Positions 51,471 through 60,965 of a DNA stretch of 64,000 nt are shown in pieces. The stretch covers positions 1-64,000 of the forward strand of contig JAHLWR010000010.1 of NCBI GenBank assembly GCA_019057815.1. Reading direction: 5' to 3'. The position numbers were made by a program, and so were the translations under genes. Under the pieces are notes generated by a model. It made no database searches. It was given only the letters and a program-made list of their open reading frames with translations, and was not told the DNA's origin. The stretch comes from Candidatus Heimdallarchaeota archaeon (GTDB taxonomy: Archaea; Asgardarchaeota; Heimdallarchaeia; Heimdallarchaeales; Heimdallarchaeaceae). Each line of letters opens with the position of its first letter. The stretch's first letter is position 1.

Positions 51471-52997
51471 TTACTTTGAGACAAACCTAGCATTCTGTTT
51501 TATCTTTGGATATTTCTGAATATTATCTAGATCTTTAAGAGATTTTAGAACAACATAGTATTCACTTTTTAGTTTAAATATCTCATAGGGAAACTTAAAG
51601 GGTTTTAATTTAACACCTTGTTTCTTCTCTTTTTTGGTTATAAAAAGTTCCATATGGTCAATCTTTTCAGCTTCTTCAGGTAATTTTGGAGGGACGATTG
51701 TCCTTGTTACAGTAATTTTTTTAGGTATTTTGTCCTCAAATTTCTTTGTGGTAACTGGTTTTTCTTTTAAGAGTTTATTCATTTCACTTAAATCCTTTGT
51801 CTCTCTTTTACCTTGATCATCGAAAAATTCTGCTATTATTTCCTTTTTCAGAATATCTCTACCTTTTGGAATTTGAATAAAACCAACATCACAATCTTGC
51901 ACAGATTGTTTTTCCTTCCATTCCAAGGGAGCAGATTCAATCCAATTTTTCGCAATTTCTTCTAATTCACTTAATGAATTGTTAGAAAGCTTTATTCCGA
52001 CTTCAAATCCTTCATCCAATCCTCTCTTCTCAAAATTCGCTGTCATTACTATACCAAGTTCATTTTCTGAATCCATGATAAATTTAGCGTGAAGATATTT
52101 GTAAGCTAAAATCCTTACACCGTTTTTTGCAGCTGCTTCAACAAACGGATAATTTTTTTCCTTTGGTCTAGTTAGAATTGTAAGTTTTTTCTCTTTACAA
52201 AAATTAATCAAATCTTGTGCAATTTCATGTTTAATGTCAAAACTGTAACTAGATATAATTAGTTCGGAAGAAGCATTTTTGATTAATTTAGAAATTTCTT
52301 CTTTAAGAGTTCTAGAGGAATAAGAAGTATTGATAATGGCATCTTTTGCACTAATATCTTTGAGTTTAATAGTTTTAACATCATCCCAATGCCCTATTCT
52401 TGTAAGTTCTTGTTTACTTTCTAACCAGAAGCCTTTACGAAAAAGGTTGAAAAGGCTTGATGTTTCATCTTTATCTAATATTATTCCTATCTCTTGATTT
52501 CTAGTTAAAGCTTCTTTGGTAAAGTTTGCAGTTGATAAAAATCCTTTCTTATTTTCTGTAGTTGGATCAATGAGCAAAAATTTAGCATGTAGATGTTCAC
52601 TTGTTCTTGCTAGTACTTTACCTGTAAGTTTACTCAACATCATTTTGTGTTCTTCTAAGGTTTTTTTATCGAAATCAGATTGTTCATCTTTGTATTCTTT
52701 CTCAAGTTGAGCATCTGTAGAAAATAAAAGATAACACCTTACACCTCTTTCACTTGCATTAATAATTGATTTAATAATTCTAGTATCACTTAAAATAAAT
52801 GAGCACAACATTACAGTATGTTTTGCGCTTTTGATTGCCCCAATTAACAACTTATGGAAATCATCAGATTCATTTCCAATTTGAATGACCGTAGAGAAGG
52901 TTGTTGAATCTATTTTTCTATGTCTTCTTTCTTTCCAATGCGCTGGAATTGTATACTCGTATTGATAACTATTGTTTTGTTCTTTTTCTTTAATCAA
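51471..52997 (-). CDS. Double-PLD nuclease (Mokosh MkoB-like)
   Basis: Two HxK motifs: HAKFLLID..STANF and HAKFIMD..MTANF. Confidence 0.85.
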   Translation of the reverse strand: MIKEKEQNNSYQYEYTIPAHWKERRHRKIDSTTFSTVIQIGNESDDFHKLLIGAIKSAKHTVMLCSFILSDTRIIKSIINASERGVRCYLLFSTDAQLEKEYKDEQSDFDKKTLEEHKMMLSKLTGKVLARTSEHLHAKFLLIDPTTENKKGFLSTANFTKEALTRNQEIGIILDKDETSSLFNLFRKGFWLESKQELTRIGHWDDVKTIKLKDISAKDAIINTSYSSRTLKEEISKLIKNASSELIISSYSFDIKHEIAQDLINFCKEKKLTILTRPKEKNYPFVEAAAKNGVRILAYKYLHAKFIMDSENELGIVMTANFEKRGLDEGFEVGIKLSNNSLSELEEIAKNWIESAPLEWKEKQSVQDCDVGFIQIPKGRDILKKEIIAEFFDDQGKRETKDLSEMNKLLKEKPVTTKKFEDKIPKKITVTRTIVPPKLPEEAEKIDHMELFITKKEKKQGVKLKPFKFPYEIFKLKSEYYVVLKSLKDLDNIQKYPKIKQNARFVSK

Positions 52998-54096
52998 AAG
53001 AAATAACCTCCTCTAATAACATGTCTTCTGGAGCCTTGAGAAACCAATATTTTTGAGAACCAAATTCAAGTTCGTCAAGAAGTTCATCCCTTTTTGGTAT
53101 ATCTAGTTTAAAATCTTTTAAATCAGAGAATTCATCAAGCATTTCTTTCCATTGAATTTCATACTGATTACCTACAAGATATAGGAAGCATTTACGTTCT
53201 AAAAATATAGTTTTAGCCCATAATATCGCACTTATCTGACAATCTGGAAAGATTGAAACATCATAAAATTTTACTTGTGAAAAATTGCCTAAATCTCCAA
53301 GTTTAATGCTCTTTTTATCAAAGTTTTTTAGAAAACTATTTACCTCAGATAATTGCAAATTTGAAGGATTCTGAGGAATTCTCCATCTCTTTAGGTCTGC
53401 ATTGGGTGAGATTATTTTAAGTAACTGATCAACCAAAAGTTTGTGTTCATATCCTTCAGGGAATGGAAAAGAAAATTCCTTGTTTTGGATAACTACTTTA
53501 GATTTCCATTTTCCTTCAGAATAAGTAAGAAGGATATCTAAATTTACCACCGAATTTCTATTAACTATTCCTATCTTATTTATTTCATGTATATCCACCA
53601 ATCTTGGCCGTTTTTCAAGTGTTCTAAGTTTAGTACCTTCTGTTTTTAAAACATGATTAGGTAAGACAATTTTTTTCTCTGTTCTCCCGTCTAGAGATTC
53701 TTTTAATTCTCTATCCAAATTTGGGTCTAATCTTTTAAAATCAATAATCACTTGTGGCAATAAAACATCTTTGACTGTTCGAATTTCAAAAGCACCTTCA
53801 TCTGGTGTTAAAATAGTCTCTTCTTCTAGTGCCTCAAATCCTCTGGGAGACAAAGAATAATCACTATCAATCAAATCTAATATCTTTAGTTCTTCTAGTA
53901 TATTTATAACAAATTTCTCTGAAAAACTTTGAAACAAGGTCTTATTCATATATTTAACCGAATTTTCTTTCTTTTCTTCAGCTTCTTGAACTGCTTTAAG
54001 AAGTGGTAAAAGTTCTGGTCTTCTTTCACTTATAAAAACACTCATCCTTACTGAATAAGAGACACTAGATATCTGTCTTTTTAGTACTATTCTCAT
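52990..54096 (-). CDS. Hypothetical protein with an N-terminal winged-helix-like segment
   Basis: LEELKILDLID...LSPRG; overlaps the PLD gene by 8 nt. Confidence 0.7.
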   Translation of the reverse strand: MRIVLKRQISSVSYSVRMSVFISERRPELLPLLKAVQEAEEKKENSVKYMNKTLFQSFSEKFVINILEELKILDLIDSDYSLSPRGFEALEEETILTPDEGAFEIRTVKDVLLPQVIIDFKRLDPNLDRELKESLDGRTEKKIVLPNHVLKTEGTKLRTLEKRPRLVDIHEINKIGIVNRNSVVNLDILLTYSEGKWKSKVVIQNKEFSFPFPEGYEHKLLVDQLLKIISPNADLKRWRIPQNPSNLQLSEVNSFLKNFDKKSIKLGDLGNFSQVKFYDVSIFPDCQISAILWAKTIFLERKCFLYLVGNQYEIQWKEMLDEFSDLKDFKLDIPKRDELLDELEFGSQKYWFLKAPEDMLLEEVISFD

Positions 54097-54102
54097 TTTA
54101 TC

Positions 54103-56877
54103 TCACCATATTTTTTTAGATTCAACTCTTTCAGCAAGTTGCTGCAAAATTTCTGACCTTTTTTGAATCTCCTTGAACAATTTTTTATTTCCAACGATAA
54201 CTAGTTGATACTTTGCTCTTGTTAATGCTACATTTAATCTATTAGGAGTATCTAAGAATCCCAATCCTCTACTTCTAACTAGTGATAAATATACAATATC
54301 AGCTTCATGACCTTGAAAGCGATCAACGGCACATAGTTCAATCACTACATTTTTTTCAGGAAGATAAAAAGTTCTAGTTCTTCTACTTTTTAAATAAGAT
54401 TGAAGTTTTTTTCTGATTAAATTTTCTTGACTAAGATAAAAGGGTAATATTGCAATTTTCCAAGGTTTATTATCCTTCCTTCTGTTATCCGAAGTCCACA
54501 TTAAAAGATCTTTGATTTCTTTTATTATTGCATTTGCTTCCTTGGAATTACTATTTTTATGTGATTGATTGATTTCTCTGTTTGAAAGCCTTATGTCAAT
54601 CCAAACTATCCTATTTTTGTAATTAGGATATTCAAATTGCCTTTCTTCTGAGATATATTGGGGGTCTTGTAATGCTTCATTATCATAGAAAAATTCTCGT
54701 GGAAAACTAGATATACTAGGATGCATTCGATGTTGAAACCTTAAAATCTTATGACGGTGTTTCATTACATTTTTAACGGGTAGCCCATCAGTTATTATCA
54801 ATCCAATATCCTTTTCTTTTTGAGATTGACTCCTCTCAAAACCCTTCTGTAGAAGTTCAATAATGGAAGGAAATGCTAATCTTTTTACTTGATCCAAATC
54901 AGATAGAAATTTTGTCCTTCTAATGTCACTCCAATGATTTGGAATTAATTTTTCTATTTGCTTCTTGTATCTGTTATCCACAAGACTCCTTAACTCATAA
55001 TCACGAACTAATCGCCAACCTATAGCCTCACTCCATGTTTGATCATTTGATATCTTGAGATTAATCTCATAATTTTCTTTCAGAACCATTCTTATTTTTC
55101 TTTTCCATCTTCTAAGATCATCATACAGAGAAGATAACTCTATTGGTTGTAAAGAACTTGCATCGTGTTCTACATAAGAATTTATACTCAGAGGAAGAAA
55201 TTCTTCGTTTTTTTCGAAATCTGCCTTTGTTCCAAATATAATAGAAGCACCGAGTAAATTATAAAATTCCATTTTATTCAAATCTGATAGTACATAGTAG
55301 GGGATAGTACTTGGAATAAGTTTTTCTAGAAGTTCATCATTATGCAATGGTTTAGCTAACAGTTTCAAACACTTGATTGTATGATTTTTGTTAATTTTCT
55401 GGATTTCTTCAAAATTATTGACTAATGCAATTATATTTCCTTCTTCAGGAGCAAAGGTTATAATATTACTGACAACACCGTCTTCATCAACATAAGGTGG
55501 AAGCTGTTTTATATCTCCTACAATTATATGACGTTCTGCAATTAAAGCAGGAACAAGAAATTCTTGAAAAGTTGTTTTACTAGCTTCATCAAGAATTAAT
55601 ATATCATAAGGTCTCATTGATGCTGTTTTACCTTCAAACCTTAATTTCTCAATTTCTGGATGTTTAAGAATACCAATGGTTGTTCCACAAACTAAATTTG
55701 CAGCTCTTACAAACACACGTTTCATATAATCGGGAGTTGTTTTCTCATCAGATTCTAAAATTCCTAACATCATATCTTGTGATTCAGTTTTGTTCTTAAT
55801 TGATCTCAAATTTTTTCTCAATTTTTCCTTCTCAGTTTCCCAAAAAGAATCAAGCTGATATTCAGTTGCCAAATCTGATATTCTGTCTGTTTTACCAATT
55901 CTAATAGGAAGAACATACTGTTTAACTTTTTCATAAACATCTGAATCTTCATCCATAAGTTTCTCTATCACATTGTCTACTGCTACATGAGTTGAAGCTA
56001 CAAGTAGAATTTTTAAGTCTCTTTTTAACGCTTGGTAAATTAGCTCACATATAGTTGTTGTTTTTCCTGAACCAGGAGGACCCTCTAAAATTGCTAGGTC
56101 AGGAGTACCAAGAGCAATTTTAACAAATTCTCTTTGATCTACATTGCCTGACCTAAGATCGTCTGTCAAAAATAACCACTCATTATTTCGAATTGGATGA
56201 GGAATAACATCATCAAATTTTACAGTTCTTATATTTTCGAATAGTCTAATCAGATTTCTGTTGTGTTTAAGAGGACGATTTAGGAGTTGCTCTAGAGATT
56301 GGTTGATCACATCAAGTTGATACAAGTTTGGTCTTAAATATAATCTCATTCTGTTTCTTTTATTATTGATATCCTCTTTTTTTAGTACTAGTATGTCATA
56401 TGGAGGGTATGTTGCTAAGACTTTGATACTTCTTGGATTTTCTAGATGTTTAGTGGGAAAAACTTCTTTTGAATTCAAAAACTGTTCTTTTTTATGCTGA
56501 TAGGTTTCTAAACCCTCGCTATTCTGGGGTTCTATACATTTATATAAGACCCCTCTTCCATTAGTAGATAGCTTAGTTACTCGATCTAGTTGTTTTTTCA
56601 ATCTTTTTTTTCGTTTGATTTCCTTTTTATCATAACCTCCTAAATAGAGATCGTTTTCAGTTGTATAGTCCTCAAGCAGATAAAACTCCTCAGTCATTAA
56701 ATCTTCTACTTCAAACCTCTCTACAGTAATATATATTCGCTTAACTCTTGACGTATACATTATTCTATCAATAAAACGGAAATATGGTTTAATTCCATGG
56801 AGTGTTGTCCACATAATTGATTTTACATCTCTTTCAGATAACCTCTCATCTAAGTTCTCATAATAAAGAAAAGACAT
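54103..56877 (-). CDS. SF1B helicase (UPF1/DNA2/MOV10-like, AAA_11 + AAA_12)
   Basis: GPPGSGKT, THVAVDN, LDEAS, GDIKQLPP, QHRMHP, VDRFQGHE and RLNVALTRAK. Confidence 0.92.
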   Translation of the reverse strand: MSFLYYENLDERLSERDVKSIMWTTLHGIKPYFRFIDRIMYTSRVKRIYITVERFEVEDLMTEEFYLLEDYTTENDLYLGGYDKKEIKRKKRLKKQLDRVTKLSTNGRGVLYKCIEPQNSEGLETYQHKKEQFLNSKEVFPTKHLENPRSIKVLATYPPYDILVLKKEDINNKRNRMRLYLRPNLYQLDVINQSLEQLLNRPLKHNRNLIRLFENIRTVKFDDVIPHPIRNNEWLFLTDDLRSGNVDQREFVKIALGTPDLAILEGPPGSGKTTTICELIYQALKRDLKILLVASTHVAVDNVIEKLMDEDSDVYEKVKQYVLPIRIGKTDRISDLATEYQLDSFWETEKEKLRKNLRSIKNKTESQDMMLGILESDEKTTPDYMKRVFVRAANLVCGTTIGILKHPEIEKLRFEGKTASMRPYDILILDEASKTTFQEFLVPALIAERHIIVGDIKQLPPYVDEDGVVSNIITFAPEEGNIIALVNNFEEIQKINKNHTIKCLKLLAKPLHNDELLEKLIPSTIPYYVLSDLNKMEFYNLLGASIIFGTKADFEKNEEFLPLSINSYVEHDASSLQPIELSSLYDDLRRWKRKIRMVLKENYEINLKISNDQTWSEAIGWRLVRDYELRSLVDNRYKKQIEKLIPNHWSDIRRTKFLSDLDQVKRLAFPSIIELLQKGFERSQSQKEKDIGLIITDGLPVKNVMKHRHKILRFQHRMHPSISSFPREFFYDNEALQDPQYISEERQFEYPNYKNRIVWIDIRLSNREINQSHKNSNSKEANAIIKEIKDLLMWTSDNRRKDNKPWKIAILPFYLSQENLIRKKLQSYLKSRRTRTFYLPEKNVVIELCAVDRFQGHEADIVYLSLVRSRGLGFLDTPNRLNVALTRAKYQLVIVGNKKLFKEIQKRSEILQQLAERVESKKIW

Positions 56878-57758
56878 TAGCTAACACTCCTTGGCTTGAG
56901 ATTCCAGTTATAAATTCCACCACGTTTCTTGAATTTTTCATAGTGCCAACCTACTTGTTGAATTGCTGAATAAGGGTCTACTTCAAGAATAGATAGACTA
57001 TATTTCAGATAACCCTCAGAGTTCTGAAAAAACCTACCCATAGCGTCAAGCATAAGATAAGAACCTCTCATAAGTTCATTATTCTCTGCAATGGGATTCA
57101 ATGATTCATGCTTCTGTACAAAATTGTCAAATTGCTCTGATGATATCTGAAGAGACTGAAAATATTCATCATTCTGACCTTTTACAGATAATACTTGGAA
57201 TACTTTCCATCTTTGAGGATTGAGTTCAATAATCAAATCAGTCATCTCTTCTTCCCAGTTCATACTAGTAACAACAGTATTGATTTTAAGTTTGATACCA
57301 GCTGTATGAATTACTTTTACTATTTCTTTAATCTTTTGGATATGATTTCCTGAACCTCTTCCAAGTTTATATTGTGTTTCTTCTTTTGAACTATCTAAAC
57401 TTAAAGCAATCCAATCTATGTAAGATTTGTACTCTTCGATAAAATTACCCGTTAGTAATGAACCACTTGTTATCAGCATTGTTGTCATATCTAGCTTTTT
57501 AGCTTCTATTATTAAATCTCCTAAATGAGGACAGAGTAACGGTTCTCCACCTGTAAGAGATAATTTCTCTGTTCCTGCAGAATTGAGGATTGAAGGTATT
57601 TTTAGTGCTTCTTCTTTTGATAATAAAGATTTTATCTCATTAAAGGTTCCAAAACAGAATTTGCATTTATTCGTACATCTAGGCCACAAATGCCAGTTTA
57701 CACTTATCAAAGGAAAAGAGGAATTATTAAGACAAGAATAATTCTCTTTCATTTTCAT
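56877..57758 (-). CDS. vip: Viperin-family antiviral radical SAM enzyme (putative ddhNTP synthase)
   Basis: SVNWH..CTNKCKFCF, GGEPLL, KINTVV, RWKVFQVL..GQND, M.GSYLMLD..GRF and C-terminal F.KRGG.Y.W. Confidence 0.92.
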   Translation of the reverse strand: MKMKENYSCLNNSSFPLISVNWHLWPRCTNKCKFCFGTFNEIKSLLSKEEALKIPSILNSAGTEKLSLTGGEPLLCPHLGDLIIEAKKLDMTTMLITSGSLLTGNFIEEYKSYIDWIALSLDSSKEETQYKLGRGSGNHIQKIKEIVKVIHTAGIKLKINTVVTSMNWEEEMTDLIIELNPQRWKVFQVLSVKGQNDEYFQSLQISSEQFDNFVQKHESLNPIAENNELMRGSYLMLDAMGRFFQNSEGYLKYSLSILEVDPYSAIQQVGWHYEKFKKRGGIYNWNLKPRSVS

Positions 57759-58228
57759 TAATGAGTAGCTCCTAGGATTATATCAGATTTTGATAGATTC
57801 ACGAAATTTGACTGTTTGAAAAAGAAGAAATCAGTCGCTTCAGTTGCTAGATTTCCATTAGCTATTTTATAAGGAAACACTCTATTGAAGTCTAAATCAT
57901 AAAACATTGTTTGAAATTCTCTAAATCTGTCGTTCGAAAGAATAGCAGTATCTAATTCTCTAGCGTAAGCTAGTATAGCTATGTCATCATATATTCTTGG
58001 GTCAAGTAAAAGAACATCATCATCCTCTTGAAATCTTTTCTTGAATTTCTTGAATCCTGGTAAAATAAAGAGTGGCGATACTCCATTATTCTTTGCCCAA
58101 ATTCGGACATAATCAATATTATGAAGATTGCTTTCTCCTTTTGGATGTTTTATAACATTAAGTCCATCAACTATTAAGATATTTTTTTGGTTTTCTCTTT
58201 TTGTTTTTCGTTTTGTTTGGAGTTGCAT
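57758..58228 (-). CDS. Zc3h12a/Regnase-like NYN (PIN-fold) ribonuclease
   Basis: LIVDGLNV, YDDIAIL and ILSNDRFRE; ATG at 58228 or TTG at 58249. Confidence 0.8.
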   Translation of the reverse strand: MQLQTKRKTKRENQKNILIVDGLNVIKHPKGESNLHNIDYVRIWAKNNGVSPLFILPGFKKFKKRFQEDDDVLLLDPRIYDDIAILAYARELDTAILSNDRFREFQTMFYDLDFNRVFPYKIANGNLATEATDFFFFKQSNFVNLSKSDIILGATH

Positions 58229-58270
58229 TAAATATACAAAGAAGAACAAGATATTAAAAGTTTTTCTTTT

Positions 58271-58317
58271 ATATTTAAAATTAATATTGTATTATACAAA
58301 ACAATCTTTTTAAATAT
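58271..58317. promoter_or_regulatory. Back-to-back TATA boxes flanking a palindromic putative operator
   Basis: ATATTTAAAA (58271-58280) and its reverse complement TTTTAAATAT (58308-58317) bracket TTGTAT-T-ATACAA (58287-58299). Confidence 0.6.
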
Positions 58318-58335
58318 GTCTGCTCTCACAACATT

Positions 58336-58980
58336 ATGCGCAACTTGCATATTGCGACTGTTGGTAAATCACCTGGTCCAATCATTGAAGGAATTAGAGT
58401 ATATCCTATTGATGATTTGTATATGTTGTATAATGAGGGGTCCCATAAGGAAGCTTTAGAAATAAAAAAATCAGCAATCAATTGGAAGCTTAAGTGCAAC
58501 ATGATTGAGGTTGATCAATTTGATATCGAAAATATTTTTGTTACAATCCTGTTGATTCAAAAACGAAACCTTGGAAGTAAAATTTACATAAACGTAACAG
58601 GAGGTACAAAAATAATGTCAAACGCAGCTTTTCTTGCAGGATATCTAATAGGTGCTACTATTTATTATATTAGAGAAGCTCAAGAAAATGAATCTCTTCA
58701 AGATTGTGTTATTGAGCTTCCTGTACCTAAAATACAATTAGATGACATCGATGAAAATCAACAAAAAATTTTGTCTCATTTGCTAAAAAATAATGGAAAG
58801 ATAACGACAGGAACTACAGAACTAAGTAAGAACCTTCATTTAAAACCTCAATTAATAAGTTATCATCTTAAAAGATTGGAAATTGCTAATCTAATCATAA
58901 ACGAAAAAAAAGGAAGAATAAATATTATAAGTTTAACAAGCGCAGGTAGGTTTGCAGCAAAATACCATGGTATTTTATAA
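58336..58980 (+). CDS. CARF + winged-HTH transcriptional regulator (Csa3/DUF6293-like)
   Basis: HIATVG..PII.G, IYINVTGGTKIM and ELPVP; C-terminal HTH ELSKNLHLKPQLISYHLKRLE. Confidence 0.85.
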   Translation: MRNLHIATVGKSPGPIIEGIRVYPIDDLYMLYNEGSHKEALEIKKSAINWKLKCNMIEVDQFDIENIFVTILLIQKRNLGSKIYINVTGGTKIMSNAAFLAGYLIGATIYYIREAQENESLQDCVIELPVPKIQLDDIDENQQKILSHLLKNNGKITTGTTELSKNLHLKPQLISYHLKRLEIANLIINEKKGRINIISLTSAGRFAAKYHGIL

Positions 58981-58999
58981 ATTTGAGAGATGGAAAATA

Positions 59000-59950
59000 T
59001 TGAATATTCTCATCACAGGAGGTTTGGGTTTTATTGGTTCTCATCTTGTTAAATTCCTTTTAGAAAAAACAGAGAACAATTTAATCATTTTAGATAACTT
59101 ATCAACTGGTAAGAAATCAAATATTTACAATCTGGTTAATAAAGAGAATATCTCCAGAGTAGAAATTATTAAGGAAACAGTTGAAAATGTAGACCAAATA
59201 AAGCTAAAAAATATTTCAAAAATATTCCATTTGGCAAGTCATGCTAGTCCAACAGATTTTAGAAAACACTCTCTAGAAATTATGATGACTAACTCTATTG
59301 GAACAAAGAAAGTTTTAGATATAGCGCTTAAGAACAATGCTACATTCATCTTAGCTTCAACATCTGAAATATACGGTAATCCATTAATTCATCCACAAAA
59401 CGAAGATTATTATGGTAACGTTAATACACTAGGAATAAGAGCATGTTATGATGAATCTAAGCGTTTTTCGGAAACACTTTCGATGATTTATAAAAGAGAT
59501 AAAAATTTGGATGTTAGAATTCTTAGAATTTTCAACACATATGGAACTAATATGAGACTTAATGACGGGAGAGTTATACCAACTTTCTTGAAACAAGCAT
59601 TAACAGGTAACCCCATAACTGTCAGAGGGGATGGAAAACAATCAAGATCGTTATGTCATGTTTCTGACCTTATAAATGGGATTTATTTGATTTCGGTTAT
59701 TAAAAACATTAAATACAATGTGTACAACATTGGGAATCCAGAAGAAATAGAAATAATCGAGTTAGCTGAAATGATAAAAAAAATGACTTGTTCATGTTCG
59801 AAAATCAAATATATAGAGGAATTAGACGATGAACCTCGAAGAAGAAGACCGGATATTAATAGAATAAAGGACGAAACAGGTTGGTCACCCACTATTTCGT
59901 TAAGGGAGGGACTTAAGAAGATTATACCACATTACAAAGAGATGTTATAA
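59000..59950 (+). CDS. UDP-glucuronate decarboxylase-like NAD-dependent epimerase/dehydratase
   Basis: GGLGFIG, HLASHASP, STSEIYG, YYGNVN..G.RACYDESKR and RIFNTYG; TTG start at 59000. Confidence 0.9.
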   Translation: MNILITGGLGFIGSHLVKFLLEKTENNLIILDNLSTGKKSNIYNLVNKENISRVEIIKETVENVDQIKLKNISKIFHLASHASPTDFRKHSLEIMMTNSIGTKKVLDIALKNNATFILASTSEIYGNPLIHPQNEDYYGNVNTLGIRACYDESKRFSETLSMIYKRDKNLDVRILRIFNTYGTNMRLNDGRVIPTFLKQALTGNPITVRGDGKQSRSLCHVSDLINGIYLISVIKNIKYNVYNIGNPEEIEIIELAEMIKKMTCSCSKIKYIEELDDEPRRRRPDINRIKDETGWSPTISLREGLKKIIPHYKEML

Positions 59951-59966
59951 AAGAAAAAAGAATAAG

Positions 59967-60965
59967 GTGGCAGCAATTTCAGTTAAAAACAATAAATTTG
60001 CTAATATTGACAAACAAAATTCTTTAGTTATTGATGTGACCTATAAATGTAATTCTAGCTGTTATTACTGTCAATGGGGAGAATCAAGGAAATCGTCAAA
60101 GGAAATAAATTATGAGAAATTACTTGTTCCTGAAAAAACTTTGTCATCTATAGGTATTGAGCGAGTTGTTCTTTCAGGAGGAGAACCACTTCTTCATAAT
60201 AGAATAATAGACATAATAGATTATTACAACCAGAAAAAAGTTGATTCCATTATCTTATTAACAAATGGAATATTATTAGATCTGTCAAAACTTCAACTAT
60301 TGTTAAAGCATGGAGTGACTGGAATGACTTTCTCAATTGATTCACTTGATTTTGAAGTCATGAAAAAATCCAGAAACGTTACAAAAGAAGTACACCAAAA
60401 AATTATCAATAATATTAATTCGATTGTGAAATTTCGAGAAACCAAAAGTTTTGAATTGGGAATAAATTGCGTTATCTCCTCTTCCAATTTGCGTTGGGAT
60501 TATCTTCATCCTCTTGTTCAGTTTTGTAATCAAAACAACATTGATTGGCTGAAATTTCAGCCAATTTTTGACGATGGTTATCTATCGTTAAATGCACCTC
60601 AACTTAAACTGAGTAAGAATCATTCGGAAGACGTCATTGAAATAGGAAAAAAGATACTAAATTTTGCAACAATAAACACCAATAGTATAGAATTCTGGAA
60701 ATCACTTTCATCGGTTTTGCATGGTAAAAAACTTCTAGGTAAGTCATGTGGGCTAGTTAAAAGACAAACTATTCTAATTAGAGGGGATTTGAAATTTTGC
60801 TATTGGTTAGATAATCCAATTTACTCTTCATGTTCTATGGAATTAACTAAAGAGAAAATTCAAGAAATAAGAGATAAATTTAAAGATTCAAAAGAAAGGT
60901 GTAAAACAGGAATGTATTGTTTCTGTCTACAATCTTTATCACATAAATGGGATATTTCAAAATGA
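59967..60965 (+). CDS. Radical SAM protein
   Basis: CNSSCYYC, SGGEPLL and LTNG; Cys-rich C-terminus. Confidence 0.88.
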   Translation: MAAISVKNNKFANIDKQNSLVIDVTYKCNSSCYYCQWGESRKSSKEINYEKLLVPEKTLSSIGIERVVLSGGEPLLHNRIIDIIDYYNQKKVDSIILLTNGILLDLSKLQLLLKHGVTGMTFSIDSLDFEVMKKSRNVTKEVHQKIINNINSIVKFRETKSFELGINCVISSSNLRWDYLHPLVQFCNQNNIDWLKFQPIFDDGYLSLNAPQLKLSKNHSEDVIEIGKKILNFATINTNSIEFWKSLSSVLHGKKLLGKSCGLVKRQTILIRGDLKFCYWLDNPIYSSCSMELTKEKIQEIRDKFKDSKERCKTGMYCFCLQSLSHKWDISK

